Source: Methanothrix sp. | GTDB lineage: Archaea > Halobacteriota > Methanosarcinia > Methanotrichales > Methanotrichaceae | NCBI GenBank assembly: GCA_963682135.1 | Contig: OY821645.1 | Location: forward strand, 736,001-800,000 | Reading direction: 5' to 3' | DNA length: 64,000 nt | Shown: piece after piece, positions 10,603-20,191 of the stretch | Position numbering within the stretch: the first letter of the stretch is position 1 | Layout: every line of letters starts with the position of its first letter | Notes under the pieces: generated by a model | Databases searched by the model: none | Seen by the model: only the letters and a program-made list of their open reading frames with translations | Told to the model about the DNA's origin: nothing | Made by a program: the position numbers and the translations under genes

Positions 10603-10647
10603 GCGCCTTCGCGGCTTTGCGCGGGGTTTCGGCTCACGCGAAGGCGC
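10603..10647. repeat. GC-rich inverted repeat (REP-like)
   Basis: GCGCCTTCGCG (10603-10613) and CGCGAAGGCGC (10637-10647) are perfect 11-bp complements. Confidence 0.7.
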
Positions 10648-10771
10648 GAAGTATCGATGAGATGGATAATTTTGGCGGAGACAAATTTCTGCCGATAATT
10701 GATCCACTGCTCGACTCTCACCAACCGCCGATCACAAGAATGCACACTAACGGAGTTCTTCAGCCCGGATG

Positions 10772-11191
10772 TTACTGCACCTCCCAGAGCGTGAGTGTGC
10801 CCGGAAAGCCCTTCATAGCCATTCCATCGTGTTGCTGCCATCCCAACCGTTTGTGCTGCCCGGCACCGAGCCGACCGATGTCCTCTTTGGCCCGATTGCT
10901 CAGCCAGATCTCCGCATCTTTTACGGCTCCGACTACGCGGGAGGCGAAGTTCACAGTGCCGCCAAACACATAGCCTTCCTCCACATGAATCGGCCCGATG
11001 TGAATGCCGGCACGGATTTGAATCTGCGGATGGCCCGTATTCCTCTAAAATGCCACAGAGTAGTCCAGTGCTTCGACTGCGGACTTGAACGCCGTCATGA
11101 AGCTGTCGCCAATGGTCTTGATTTCCCTGCCATTGAACCTGCTAATCAGCTTGCGGCTCTGGGCAAAGTGCGTCCGCCGCACTTCATTCAT
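10772..11191 (-). pseudogene. class III adenylate/guanylate cyclase, 5'-truncated with in-frame TAG
   Basis: Own translation ...EIKTIGDSFM...VAF*RNTG...IRAGIHIG...VFGGTVNFASR...MKGF; TAG at 11045-11047; first catalytic Asp motif missing. Confidence 0.85.
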
Positions 11192-11271
11192 GACCTCGTT
11201 GAATTTGCTGGATTAGACATCAATATGTGTCATAAGAATCTAAATAGGCATGGAACTCAATGGTTTAATCA

Positions 11272-12366
11272 ATGAAAAAAGTCGTCATTCTGGGTGCAGG
11301 GGCCACTTTGGGCGCGGCTTCCGTAGACTTGGTTGTGCGTCCGCCGCTTTTGCAAGACCTACATGCTATATTCGATGCTAGCTTCTTAAGTCTAAATCAA
11401 TCCGCTGATGGGCCTATTCTGAAGGATAGTCTTAAAAAATTATTAGAAATTACCAAAACAAAAGAAGATATCGAACGATTTTTTACGTTAATGCAAGTAA
11501 TTGAGGATATCCATCTGGATTATAGTCCCAAAGATCTACGTTTTGATTTATCAAAGATGGAGGAAATTTACAATGATTCTGTCTTCTCTGATCCTTTGAT
11601 CTGGTCTTATAATCTATCTAAGAATGATGTTAAAGATATAAGATTAATTTTAGGATACATCGTAAAAGATTCTAAGAGGCAAATTTTATGCTGTGCCAAT
11701 AATTTCTTTAGGCTATTTACGTATGCATTAAAGGAATACCTTAATCGTTCTATATCGGACAATTTTTGCATATACCACGAAAAATTGTTTAAAAATCTTG
11801 GAATTAAAGATACTGTTGCTACTTATAATTATGACGAAATATCTGATTTTACACTATTTCTCAGAGGAAAGCTTAGCGCCCAATCTTTCGATGAACTTGG
11901 ATTTAGCAGCATAACTTTCCCAAAAGAGCGACCTATTGTATCTGAAAGCGTCACTCTCTTGAAACTTCATGGGTCCTTCAATTGGCATACTAATTATTTA
12001 AAAGATGTGCATTATATTCTAGGTTCACAGAACGTGCCATTTCCCAACGTAATATTGCCCATTTATCACAAAGATCAAATTTACAAATCTAATAGGGTTT
12101 ATCGCTCGCACATGATAAAATATGGACAAAAAATTCGACACGCTGATAAAGTAATATTAGTTGGCAAAAATTTTAAAAACTCAGATCGCGAATTATATAA
12201 ATTTATTAATAAACATGCTCGAGGGAAAAAGAGGACATTGGACCTCATCGACCCAAAAATTGATGATGATTCCTTTATTGATTATCATTGTAGGCTTTTC
12301 AATGCCAAATTCGAAAACGGCTGGAAATCACTAAACGAGTTCTATAATTCATCAAGCTTTATTTAA
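11272..12366 (+). CDS. SIR2-like (SIR2_2) domain protein
   Basis: ILGAGA, TYNYD, LLKLHGS motifs; markedly AT-rich. Confidence 0.8.
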   Translation: MKKVVILGAGATLGAASVDLVVRPPLLQDLHAIFDASFLSLNQSADGPILKDSLKKLLEITKTKEDIERFFTLMQVIEDIHLDYSPKDLRFDLSKMEEIYNDSVFSDPLIWSYNLSKNDVKDIRLILGYIVKDSKRQILCCANNFFRLFTYALKEYLNRSISDNFCIYHEKLFKNLGIKDTVATYNYDEISDFTLFLRGKLSAQSFDELGFSSITFPKERPIVSESVTLLKLHGSFNWHTNYLKDVHYILGSQNVPFPNVILPIYHKDQIYKSNRVYRSHMIKYGQKIRHADKVILVGKNFKNSDRELYKFINKHARGKKRTLDLIDPKIDDDSFIDYHCRLFNAKFENGWKSLNEFYNSSSFI

Positions 12367-12692
12367 TTAAAAAATAGAAAAAGATACTTGCATGATTCCT
12401 TTTCATCCTGCACTCACCCATGATCGCGACCCCGCCATCTGCAGGATGAATCCAGAACAGTTCACATCCACCGCTTCCCTCCCTGTCGTTCTTCGTCCCG
12501 ACAGCCACAAAATCCCGCCACCGTCCGCGCCATGACCCGCCCGCGCTCGCACGGGCCCGCCCGGCCGCTCCCGGCCCCTGGCCATGCGGGCCAGGCTGCA
12601 CGATCGTGCCACGACACTTGACAAGGTGGAAAGGCAGCTTTGCAAATGCATGCAAAAAAGTTTATTGCCCAAGATCTACCTCTATTACTATT

Positions 12693-13187
12693 ATGAAACA
12701 AAATGCATTATTAATGATCCTGGCGCTCAGCCTCGCCATTTTGCCAGCTCTCGGGCAGCAAGAAGCAGGCGAGCCGCTTACAGCCAGCAATGCTTCCGAA
12801 CTGGTGAATTCGAGCATCCCCTCCGGCGAGCAATTTAGCATGGTGAACATCTTCCAAGTAGCAGAGGAAAATCCCATCGATCCCAAACTCGGTTATCTGA
12901 GAAAAGAAGTTCTTCTCGGAAAGAACGCCAGCGTCAACATGACTATGTATATGCCGGGCATCTCTTCCGGAGCGCATTACCACAGTGCCACGGAGGAAAT
13001 CGATTACGTAGTCATGGGTCAGGCGAATCTGACAATGAACGGCAAGGACTATCCAGTCAAAGAAGGGGATTTGATCTATATTCCGCCATTCAATGTGCAT
13101 GATTATCGGTCTGCGGAAAATGATACATTCCAGATCATGGTTTTCTTTATGCCTCCATTAGCCGGGAACGATAGAGTCTACGTTTGA
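12693..13187 (+). CDS. secreted cupin-domain protein
   Basis: Signal peptide MKQNALLMILALSLAILPALG; HYH...EE..Y and GDLIYIP..VH cupin motifs. Confidence 0.85.
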   Translation: MKQNALLMILALSLAILPALGQQEAGEPLTASNASELVNSSIPSGEQFSMVNIFQVAEENPIDPKLGYLRKEVLLGKNASVNMTMYMPGISSGAHYHSATEEIDYVVMGQANLTMNGKDYPVKEGDLIYIPPFNVHDYRSAENDTFQIMVFFMPPLAGNDRVYV

Positions 13188-13259
13188 AGCCGGAGAGCAA
13201 ACTGCCCTGATAAAACCATTTATTTTTTAAAACGCACTTATCTCTCATCAATCGATCGG

Positions 13260-13439
13260 TTAATAGGCACAGCTGTCATGCTTCTCTGCCAGATCCTGCG
13301 GACCTTCACAAATGCCTATTACGCTGGATAGGGCATCTGCTTTGTGCTTCCCAGTATCTGGCCTCTCTTCCAGGAAACTCAATAACTTAGAGATTTTCTT
13401 GAGATCTGCATCAGGGAGGGAGTCAATTTTTCTCATCAT
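13260..13439 (-). CDS. orphan antitoxin-like small protein
   Basis: 59 aa ending IGICEGPQDLAEKHD.AY, resembling VapB-type antitoxin tails; no toxin adjacent. Confidence 0.5.
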   Translation of the reverse strand: MMRKIDSLPDADLKKISKLLSFLEERPDTGKHKADALSSVIGICEGPQDLAEKHDSCAY

Positions 13440-13593
13440 AGGGATTCTCTTTTCAGAGTCAGATGTTTTTCTATTTCCAGCAATAAAGACTTGCCGTGTT
13501 GGCCATTCCTCTATTTGTGAGCGGAGCTTGAGCAGACCACTGAAACAAAACTGTACAGGCCTCGAAATCCCCAGGCTTGTCCTCCTGGGAGCT

Positions 13594-14405
13594 TCACCCC
13601 TTTCTTCCCGTAGCTTTGAAAAATGTGTAGCAGAACACCCCGTCATCTTCCGTCGTTCTGTAGAGGTCCTGCACCCCTGCCTCAAAATCATCCGGCTCAA
13701 TTATCCCCGCCCCCACCGACGCCTCACGAACGCCCTCAATCATGGCCGTAAATGTCCTCCTGGTGAAGCCCTCCACAAGCTCCGGCTTGCTGGAATCGAC
13801 ATAAACCATGCGAGGAGAGACGCAGATCTCAGAGATGCCTGCCTGGCAAGCAGCGGATAAAGCTGTCTGCCGATCATTGCATTGCCGCCTGCTCTCCTCT
13901 GCAGCTCGACCTGGCACGAAATCGCTTTGTGGGCCGCAGCGCTATCAGGATAGAAATAGGCAGAACCATGATCCCCCTCGATTGCCGTGATCGAACCGCC
14001 TGGTTTGATGAAATCCATGAGGATGCGCAGTGCCTCGACCGGGCGAGAGAGATGTTCAAGAACAAAACAGATGAAAAGATGGTCGAAGGATTCCGGCTGG
14101 AAAGGCAGATTGAATATATCACCCTGCAAAACCTGCACATTTGCAAGGCCTGCCTCAGCCACTCTCCTTCGAGCCTCGCCCACAGAGGCTTCTGATATAT
14201 CGACTGCTGTGATGATTGACTGAGGGCTATTTCTGGCCAGAGGCACGGTCTGTGCCCCTACGCCACAACCTGCTTCAAGAATGCGTGATCCCGGCGGAAA
14301 ATGAGTGTCGCCGTGCAAGAGTTCTTCCAGAGTGGTGGCCTGATCCTGCAAGCGCGTGTTTTCTCTCGGATGGTAGCCGTGAACATACGCATACTCATTA
14401 AGCAT
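13594..14405 (-). pseudogene. class I SAM-dependent methyltransferase, frameshifted near 13848
   Basis: LEAGCGVG in 13740..14405 frame; C-terminus VSPRMVYVD...FCYTFFKA continues in the 13594..13917 frame. Confidence 0.85.
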
Positions 14406-14457
14406 GATGGACCGTATGCTGCTGGTTTATTTCAAATTTTCCGCTCAATCAATTCCA

Positions 14458-15507
14458 TCAGCTGGTAACCACCTCGACAGAGACCGGATAATGATCTGAG
14501 GCATGTTTGTACTTCTTGCTTATGCTTGTGCCGTTGGGCATATTATGGTTGACTTTTGCACTGCGCACCCAATTTGAGAGTGGAGACTTGGAATACAGTA
14601 TATGGTCAATCCATTCCTTTTGATAGACGTCATTGAAGATCGGATCTTTGAAGCTGGTGGTGTAGATGGATGAAAAGTCGAGTGCCTTCTGTGCTTTGGG
14701 TTTCAAAGCATCGAATAGCGCATTTCCCAGGCACCGGCCCGGCTGCCAAATAGTGCCCATCAGACTCTCTATGCCGCTGCCATGCAATCGTTTCTCACTG
14801 GCATCAAGCCCCGGTCCGTCGTTAATGTCGCCGCATACGATAAGCGGGATTTGTTTCGTTTTGTCGTCGGTTAAATACGGTTCAATAAATGTGTCATGAA
14901 TATGCGCTGCCTGGCCGAGAATTTTCTTGCGGTTGGCATCGGCCATCTCCCACCATTTGCTCCATTCGTAGGCGCCAAATATGCCTTTGCTCTTCAGATG
15001 AAGGCCAAGCACACGGAAAGGCGCACCCTCCGCCGGAATTATCTCTGCATAAAGGGGCAGTCTTTCAAAGTGGTGCTGCTCCTTTATCTCATCATTATCA
15101 GTATCGACAAGGAACGGATTAAATCGAGGATCATCTTTGGTTTCCATGCGCCTCAGCGCAGGATCCTTGAATTTGTTGGTATCAACTCTTACAGCTATTC
15201 CAATATTCTGTGCTTGACCTGGCGAAACCTGCAAATCGGTCGCCCAGGTGCCCTGTCCAATATTATCAAAGAAGAGCTGCAACTCCTTTTGCTGGCTTGG
15301 TCCCTCTACAATAACAACCACATCGGGCATCAATTCGCGAAGAACCCCTGACAAATCGTCACGACGTTGTTTTACGGAAGTACTAGAAGAATGCGACGTC
15401 TTCTCTTCGTCGGGACGAAATGAAACCACCTGATCATCCTTAGTAAAAAGATCATTCAGCCACTGCATATTCCACAAGACAAACTTCAAATCGGACAACA
15501 GAACCAT
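14458..15507 (-). CDS. endonuclease/exonuclease/phosphatase (EEP) family protein
   Basis: WN, VE, HLKS, GDIND, IDHIL, SDHYP motifs. Confidence 0.9.
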   Translation of the reverse strand: MVLLSDLKFVLWNMQWLNDLFTKDDQVVSFRPDEEKTSHSSSTSVKQRRDDLSGVLRELMPDVVVIVEGPSQQKELQLFFDNIGQGTWATDLQVSPGQAQNIGIAVRVDTNKFKDPALRRMETKDDPRFNPFLVDTDNDEIKEQHHFERLPLYAEIIPAEGAPFRVLGLHLKSKGIFGAYEWSKWWEMADANRKKILGQAAHIHDTFIEPYLTDDKTKQIPLIVCGDINDGPGLDASEKRLHGSGIESLMGTIWQPGRCLGNALFDALKPKAQKALDFSSIYTTSFKDPIFNDVYQKEWIDHILYSKSPLSNWVRSAKVNHNMPNGTSISKKYKHASDHYPVSVEVVTS

Positions 15508-15605
15508 CTCCTTTTGGACTTATGGATAATAGTAGCTCATCCTTAAAAAATAGATGCTTTGGCGAATTATCTCTAAAAATTTGATATAAGTGCCAGTGCC
15601 CCTTT

Positions 15606-16868
15606 TCACTCCACGCACACTCTCGCCCCCAGCCCCTTCATCTGTTCGAAGAATCCTGGATAGCTCACGTCCACCGCCTCTGCCGTATCGATCCTTGTTC
15701 CTCCGGCCACAAAGCCCGCCACAGTCAGTGCCATGACAATCCTGTGATCGTGCCAGCCGTGCACCTTTGCGCCGTGCAGCCTGCCGCCCGTGATCTCCAG
15801 CCCGTCCGGCCTCTCCCGGATGTCAGCGCCCATCTTGGTGAGCTCGACAGCCATGGCGTGCAGCCGGTCCGTCTCCTTGTGGCGCACGTGCTCAGCGTTG
15901 ACCACGGTCGTCTTTCCCTGGGCCAGCGCGCCCAGCACGGCAATGGTAGGCACGAGATCCGGCGTGCGGCCGGCATCCACCTGCACGCCCTGCAAGTTTC
16001 CGCCCTTGATGTGAAGGTCTCCTTTCTCCTTATTCCAGGAGACCCTGGCGCCCATGCGGTTCAGAATATCGATGATTGCCGAGTCACCCTGCCTTGAGGG
16101 AAGAACCCCTTTGACAGTAACCTCGCTTCCGGTGACCGCAGCCGCAGCCAATGGATAGGAGGCCGAGGAGAAGTCTCCGGGAATGGTATAGCTCTTCAAG
16201 CCGTAGCTTTGCCCTCCCGGCACGAAGAACTCCTGAGGCTTTGCCTCGACGCGCACGCCCGCATCGGCCAGCATATCCAGGGTGATCTCGGCGTAGGGAC
16301 GGCTCTTGAGATCGCCCTCAATTACGATTTTTGTGTCCGCTTTCGCCAGAGGGGCAGCAATGAGCAGCGCCGAGAGGAACTGAGAGCTTACGCCCCCGTT
16401 GAGGTGCGCAGTGCCCCCTCTCATCTTTCCTTTGATCACCAGCGGAGCTTTTCCGTTATTGCGAATGGAAAAAGCGGTGGCGCCCAGTTCTGAGAGCGTG
16501 CTCAATAGCGGGCCGTTGGGCCGGGTGCGAATGGAGGCATCGCCCGTGAGCACGGCTCCGTCGGTGAGAGCCGCCACTGCCGAGCAGAAGCGCAACGTTG
16601 TACCAGAGTTTAGAACATTGATGACATCATCCGGGGTCTGGGGCCGATCGGAGACGCCAGTGATGGACACATCGTCGCCAAGTGATATCTTAGCTCCAAA
16701 TGCCTCGCTGGCGGCAACTGTTGCCCTGGTGTCTGCGGAGAGGAGGGGCCGCTTTACGGTCCCGCCAGGCCCCAGGGAAGTTATGAGGATGGCACGGTGG
16801 GTGTAGCTCTTGGAAGGTGGGGCATAGACCTCACCGGAGAGAGAAGAGCGCTCGACTGACGCAATCAT
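15606..16868 (-). CDS. aroA: 3-phosphoshikimate 1-carboxyvinyltransferase
   Basis: PPSKSYTHRA, NSGTTLRF, SSQFLSALL, KETDRL, DHRIVMA; start MIASV at 16868. Confidence 0.97.
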   Translation of the reverse strand: MIASVERSSLSGEVYAPPSKSYTHRAILITSLGPGGTVKRPLLSADTRATVAASEAFGAKISLGDDVSITGVSDRPQTPDDVINVLNSGTTLRFCSAVAALTDGAVLTGDASIRTRPNGPLLSTLSELGATAFSIRNNGKAPLVIKGKMRGGTAHLNGGVSSQFLSALLIAAPLAKADTKIVIEGDLKSRPYAEITLDMLADAGVRVEAKPQEFFVPGGQSYGLKSYTIPGDFSSASYPLAAAAVTGSEVTVKGVLPSRQGDSAIIDILNRMGARVSWNKEKGDLHIKGGNLQGVQVDAGRTPDLVPTIAVLGALAQGKTTVVNAEHVRHKETDRLHAMAVELTKMGADIRERPDGLEITGGRLHGAKVHGWHDHRIVMALTVAGFVAGGTRIDTAEAVDVSYPGFFEQMKGLGARVCVE

Positions 16869-16938
16869 GATCGAGGGAATGGCAGCGCAAGTATAAGAAA
16901 TGTGTGCCATGATATAGCTTGACACTAGCAATTGACGG

Positions 16939-17017
16939 AAAAATGGCGGCCCAAAGATGAGCCGTCAGTCTTCCATCAGGCGGTGATCAGAGAGAGAAGC
17001 CCCCACTCCTCTACCTC
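16939..17017 (-). ncRNA. fluoride (crcB)-riboswitch-like leader with overlapping terminator hairpin
   Basis: Minus strand AGAG-GAGTGGGGCTT-CTCT...CACCGC...CTGACGGCTC then hairpin CGGCTCA/TGGGCCG + ATTTTT; TATA-like AAATATAAATA at 17064-17074. Confidence 0.4.
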
Positions 17018-17178
17018 TTTTGCCGGTGGTCTTACGGCAATTACCGTAGTACGACACAAGTCGTATTTATATTTTGCGCCCCCATCCTATCAAAGCGGAA
17101 GATAAATCTATGATGCATCCAGGATATAGTGATAGAGGGCTAGTCAACCCTGGCCTCGGGCTTGCCAGAGAGATTATT

Positions 17179-18480
17179 ATGAATATAATTTGCGTTTATC
17201 CGGTAAACGTCGATGCCGTCTGCAATATACGGGGCGAAGAGATAATGCGCCTCATCCCGTCCAATGTGAAAATTGAGCTGAAGGAGTCCATAGGTAGCCG
17301 CGAGGACCTTCTCTCCTGCCTGCTATTCTGCATGCAGCAGGGATCAGGTGCAGAGATTCTTATCCAGAACCGAGCGACGGCCATGAAGATCGAAGATTCT
17401 TTCTCCTGGCAATTTCGCCTGGGAGGAAATGCCGGAATCATGGCCAATGTCCTGGCCGCACTGGGTGCGAAGCCGGTTCTCAATGCTCCTGCCCTGGGGC
17501 CAAGACTGGCGAAAATGATTGACACCGGGGTGCACGTGCCCGTTTCCGTTGCAGTTGAGCCCGGCCGGGCGACGGGAGCACCCCAAGAGAATCTAGAAAG
17601 AGATCAAGACGCAGAGACAGAGATGGAGCATTTCGTCTTTCAATTCAAAAAGGGAGATCAGTTTGCCAGCGGCCAGATAAGAATAACTGCGCCCAGCGAC
17701 AATCGTTTTATTGCCACTTACGATCCGGTAAATTCCAGGCTCCTCACCAGCCGGCATTTCGATTCCTATTGCCAGGAGAATATCCGGGAAATCGATGGCG
17801 CTCTGCTCTCCGGCTTTCACCTGGCAGCTTTTAAAGAGTACCAGGAAATCTTTCCCCAGAAAATCTCCCAGATAAAATCCTGGAAGGATAAAAACCGGAA
17901 GATCTTCATCCACGCGGAGATGGGGTCCTTCCAGAGCCCTGAGATAATGAAGTCTCTTCTAATGCTTCTTCCCAAAATCCCCGTGGACAGCCTGGGGCTA
18001 AATGAAGACGAACTGGCAACAGCAGAAGGACTGGCTCATGGATCATCGCCAGCCAGCTGGCAAGAGACAATGCAGGCGGCTGAAAGGCTGCGTGGCAGAC
18101 TGGGGCTCTTCAGAGTAGCCGTCCATACCCGAGACTACATTCTGAGCATCAAGTTACAGGGAAAGATCAATGCACGAGAGGAGCTTTTTGCCCTGCAAAG
18201 CGGAGTTGAAGCCGCAGCCACATTGGCAGCCACGGGCCTTGTAACAGGAGAGCCTCCCCAGGAGATCAACCCCCTGGGGATTGAGGCTAAAGAGGATTTT
18301 TGCCGCAATGGTGCCACAGCATACGGGCGGGGCGCATTTCTTCATCTTGGAGAAGAGATCATATCTTTGATGCCCTCTCTTGTGGTGCATAAGCCAAAGA
18401 TTACGGTAGGCTTGGGCGATACTGCTACAGCAACCATATTTTTCCAGGAGCTTTCCGCCATCCGGAAAAATTTGATTTGA
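17179..18480 (+). CDS. ADP-dependent phosphofructokinase/glucokinase
   Basis: [32 protein letters not shown]. Confidence 0.92.
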   Translation: MNIICVYPVNVDAVCNIRGEEIMRLIPSNVKIELKESIGSREDLLSCLLFCMQQGSGAEILIQNRATAMKIEDSFSWQFRLGGNAGIMANVLAALGAKPVLNAPALGPRLAKMIDTGVHVPVSVAVEPGRATGAPQENLERDQDAETEMEHFVFQFKKGDQFASGQIRITAPSDNRFIATYDPVNSRLLTSRHFDSYCQENIREIDGALLSGFHLAAFKEYQEIFPQKISQIKSWKDKNRKIFIHAEMGSFQSPEIMKSLLMLLPKIPVDSLGLNEDELATAEGLAHGSSPASWQETMQAAERLRGRLGLFRVAVHTRDYILSIKLQGKINAREELFALQSGVEAAATLAATGLVTGEPPQEINPLGIEAKEDFCRNGATAYGRGAFLHLGEEIISLMPSLVVHKPKITVGLGDTATATIFFQELSAIRKNLI

Positions 18481-18820
18481 TGTGCTCTGTCTCGATGAGT
18501 TGCGCTCCCGCCAGCTTTCTTACCCTCTTCACCAAATCGCCGGCGCGAATGCAGATCCGCTTCTCTCCCCGAAATATCTCGGCCTTCTCTCCATCCACGA
18601 TGCCGATAACAGGGATACCCAGCCTGGCCAGGATATCTCCGGCGATGATAGTAATAATATCCTCCAGACCGGCATCGATGACGGCCACCCGGCCCATTGT
18701 CCCGCCTAAGACCGCTGCGACGCTTGCCTGCTTTTGCTTTTTCAGGTAATTGATCAGCGAAAGAGCACAGCCGCTGTCTATTATCTCCGGGCCATGAACC
18801 ACTATGCCGATTCTCAGCAT
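18425..18820 (-). pseudogene. DUF2117 family protein, apparently internally deleted
   Basis: [14 protein letters not shown] and [17 protein letters not shown] joined directly to [19 protein letters not shown]; only 131 aa. Confidence 0.6.
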
Positions 18821-18829
18821 CTCTGATTC

Positions 18830-19111
18830 TTATCCACCCGTCTCCAGGTTATCATCCTGCATCTTAACAGCATCCATCATCTCTTGCGTCTGCTTGAACC
18901 TCTCCTGGATCTGCTCTATGGTCATGCCCTCCAGGTCTTTTCTTTCCGGAGCCTTCTCGATCAGCTCCAGAGTATCCAGGCGGTAATAAAGGCCGGTGCT
19001 GTCCAAATAGGCCCATGTCTCACCATCATCTTCCACCTTCAGCACCTTGACGGTACCGATGGTGCCCGTGCCCTTGTACCTGACCAGGCTATCCTCTTTG
19101 ATCTCCGCCAT
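18830..19111 (-). CDS. DUF2098 family methanogen protein
   Basis: VRYKGTGTIG.V...WAYLDSTGLYY, C-terminal GG. Confidence 0.85.
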   Translation of the reverse strand: MAEIKEDSLVRYKGTGTIGTVKVLKVEDDGETWAYLDSTGLYYRLDTLELIEKAPERKDLEGMTIEQIQERFKQTQEMMDAVKMQDDNLETGG

Positions 19112-19132
19112 AATAGTCACCAAATGAATCAA

Positions 19133-19594
19133 TTACAACTTCTGCACAATTATCTCGCTTTCCTTTGAGGCTCCACCCAATATCTCAACACCACCTGGCT
19201 TCGCCAGCACTTGGACTGCGTGAAACTCCTCTGATCCGCAGAGCACATCCTGCTCAGGATGCGTCCCAGGCTCTATCTTGCAGCTCAAATGAATGCTCTC
19301 GCCAATGGATACCACTGTCTTCAAGCGGGGTGATGCGGGATGGCCTTTGGGGAGCACTATCAATGGTGCGCCCAGTTCCCTAAGCTGATAAATAGTACAG
19401 CATAGGCCGCGCATAACCTTCTTGCCTGCTCCTTGGGAAGAAGCCACAATCAGATCCTCAGGATCGGTGAAAAGCACAATCTCTTCAGACTCCGTCTCCA
19501 GATAAAAAAAGTTTCCATTCGTCTTGGCAATAGCTAAAGTGCCACTGCGACCCACGAGGTAAGCTATCTCATTCTCCTTAATGATAATATGCAT
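19133..19594 (-). CDS. conserved archaeal hypothetical protein
   Basis: Tightly packed ORF, PGTHPEQD.LC motif. Confidence 0.7.
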   Translation of the reverse strand: MHIIIKENEIAYLVGRSGTLAIAKTNGNFFYLETESEEIVLFTDPEDLIVASSQGAGKKVMRGLCCTIYQLRELGAPLIVLPKGHPASPRLKTVVSIGESIHLSCKIEPGTHPEQDVLCGSEEFHAVQVLAKPGGVEILGGASKESEIIVQKL

Positions 19595-19599
19595 GGCAT

Positions 19600-19752
19600 T
19601 CAGACTGCCTTGACGTTCCTGGATTTGCAGGTAGGACACATGGGCCTTCTGCCCATTCCCTTAAATTGATTCTTGCAGTCCTGACATTCATAATCTTTAG
19701 CGGCTAAAGTCTCGATATTTCCTATGTCCGGTCCGCCTCCAACAGTACACAT
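19600..19752 (-). CDS. 50-aa zinc-ribbon microprotein
   Basis: MCTVGGGPDIGNIETLAAKDYECQDCKNQFKGMGRRPMCPTCKSRNVKAV*, GGAGGTGA RBS upstream; below ORF-track cutoff. Confidence 0.85.
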   Translation of the reverse strand: MCTVGGGPDIGNIETLAAKDYECQDCKNQFKGMGRRPMCPTCKSRNVKAV

Positions 19753-19795
19753 GGTTGCCTTCACCTCCCGATCTTTCTAATGCACTTTGGCATAT

Positions 19796-19975
19796 GTGAA
19801 CTCCTTTCACGCCCTGAAGGGCGGAGCTTCCCTGCTGCTGTTTCCGCTTCATTGGCCCCGACTTACATCAGATTCGCAATGCAGTGGTTAGGATCTCGTC
19901 GGACAGGTTCGGGGTGTTCCCTCCCTACTATCTGGAATCGTCTGGCGAATCCAAAATCTCCCCTAGGGTGAAGTA
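19796..19975 (-). mobile_element. IS200/IS605 (IS1341-type) remnant: tnpB 3' tail, reRNA scaffold and right end
   Basis: Minus strand ends GGGAAGCTCCGCCCTTCAGGGCGTGAAAGGAGTTCAC (subterminal hairpin + TCAC); upstream GTAGGGAGGGAACACCCCGAACC encodes IVGREHPEP, like TnpB C-termini. Confidence 0.8.
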
Positions 19976-20191
19976 TCGATCATCCAAGTAGCGCTTGTTG
20001 CCTGCATGGAATCATATCTTAATAAGAAGAGGGACTGTAATTAGATATATAATTGATCCGCTTGGGGCGAACGAAATCAGGGCAAAAGAGCACCACATTC
20101 ATCCGTTGCGACTGCATCGAAACTCTCGCTGACCCGCGGTCAGCGAAATTTGCCCTTCGCGATCCTGCAAGTAAAAATAGGCGAAAATCGC

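Noticed and set aside
11045-11047. In-frame TAG in the cyclase as pyrrolysine
   Set aside because: The gene is also 5'-truncated, no pyl genes are visible, and a CAG-to-TAG nonsense change is the simpler explanation.
12400-12620. GC-rich patch as another csx3 remnant
   Set aside because: Only a short TCACATCCAC match; GRAP and DPRLG motifs are absent in the frames I read.
13840-13860. Programmed frameshift in the methyltransferase
   Set aside because: No slippery heptamer at the junction; a 1-nt deletion or sequencing error suffices.
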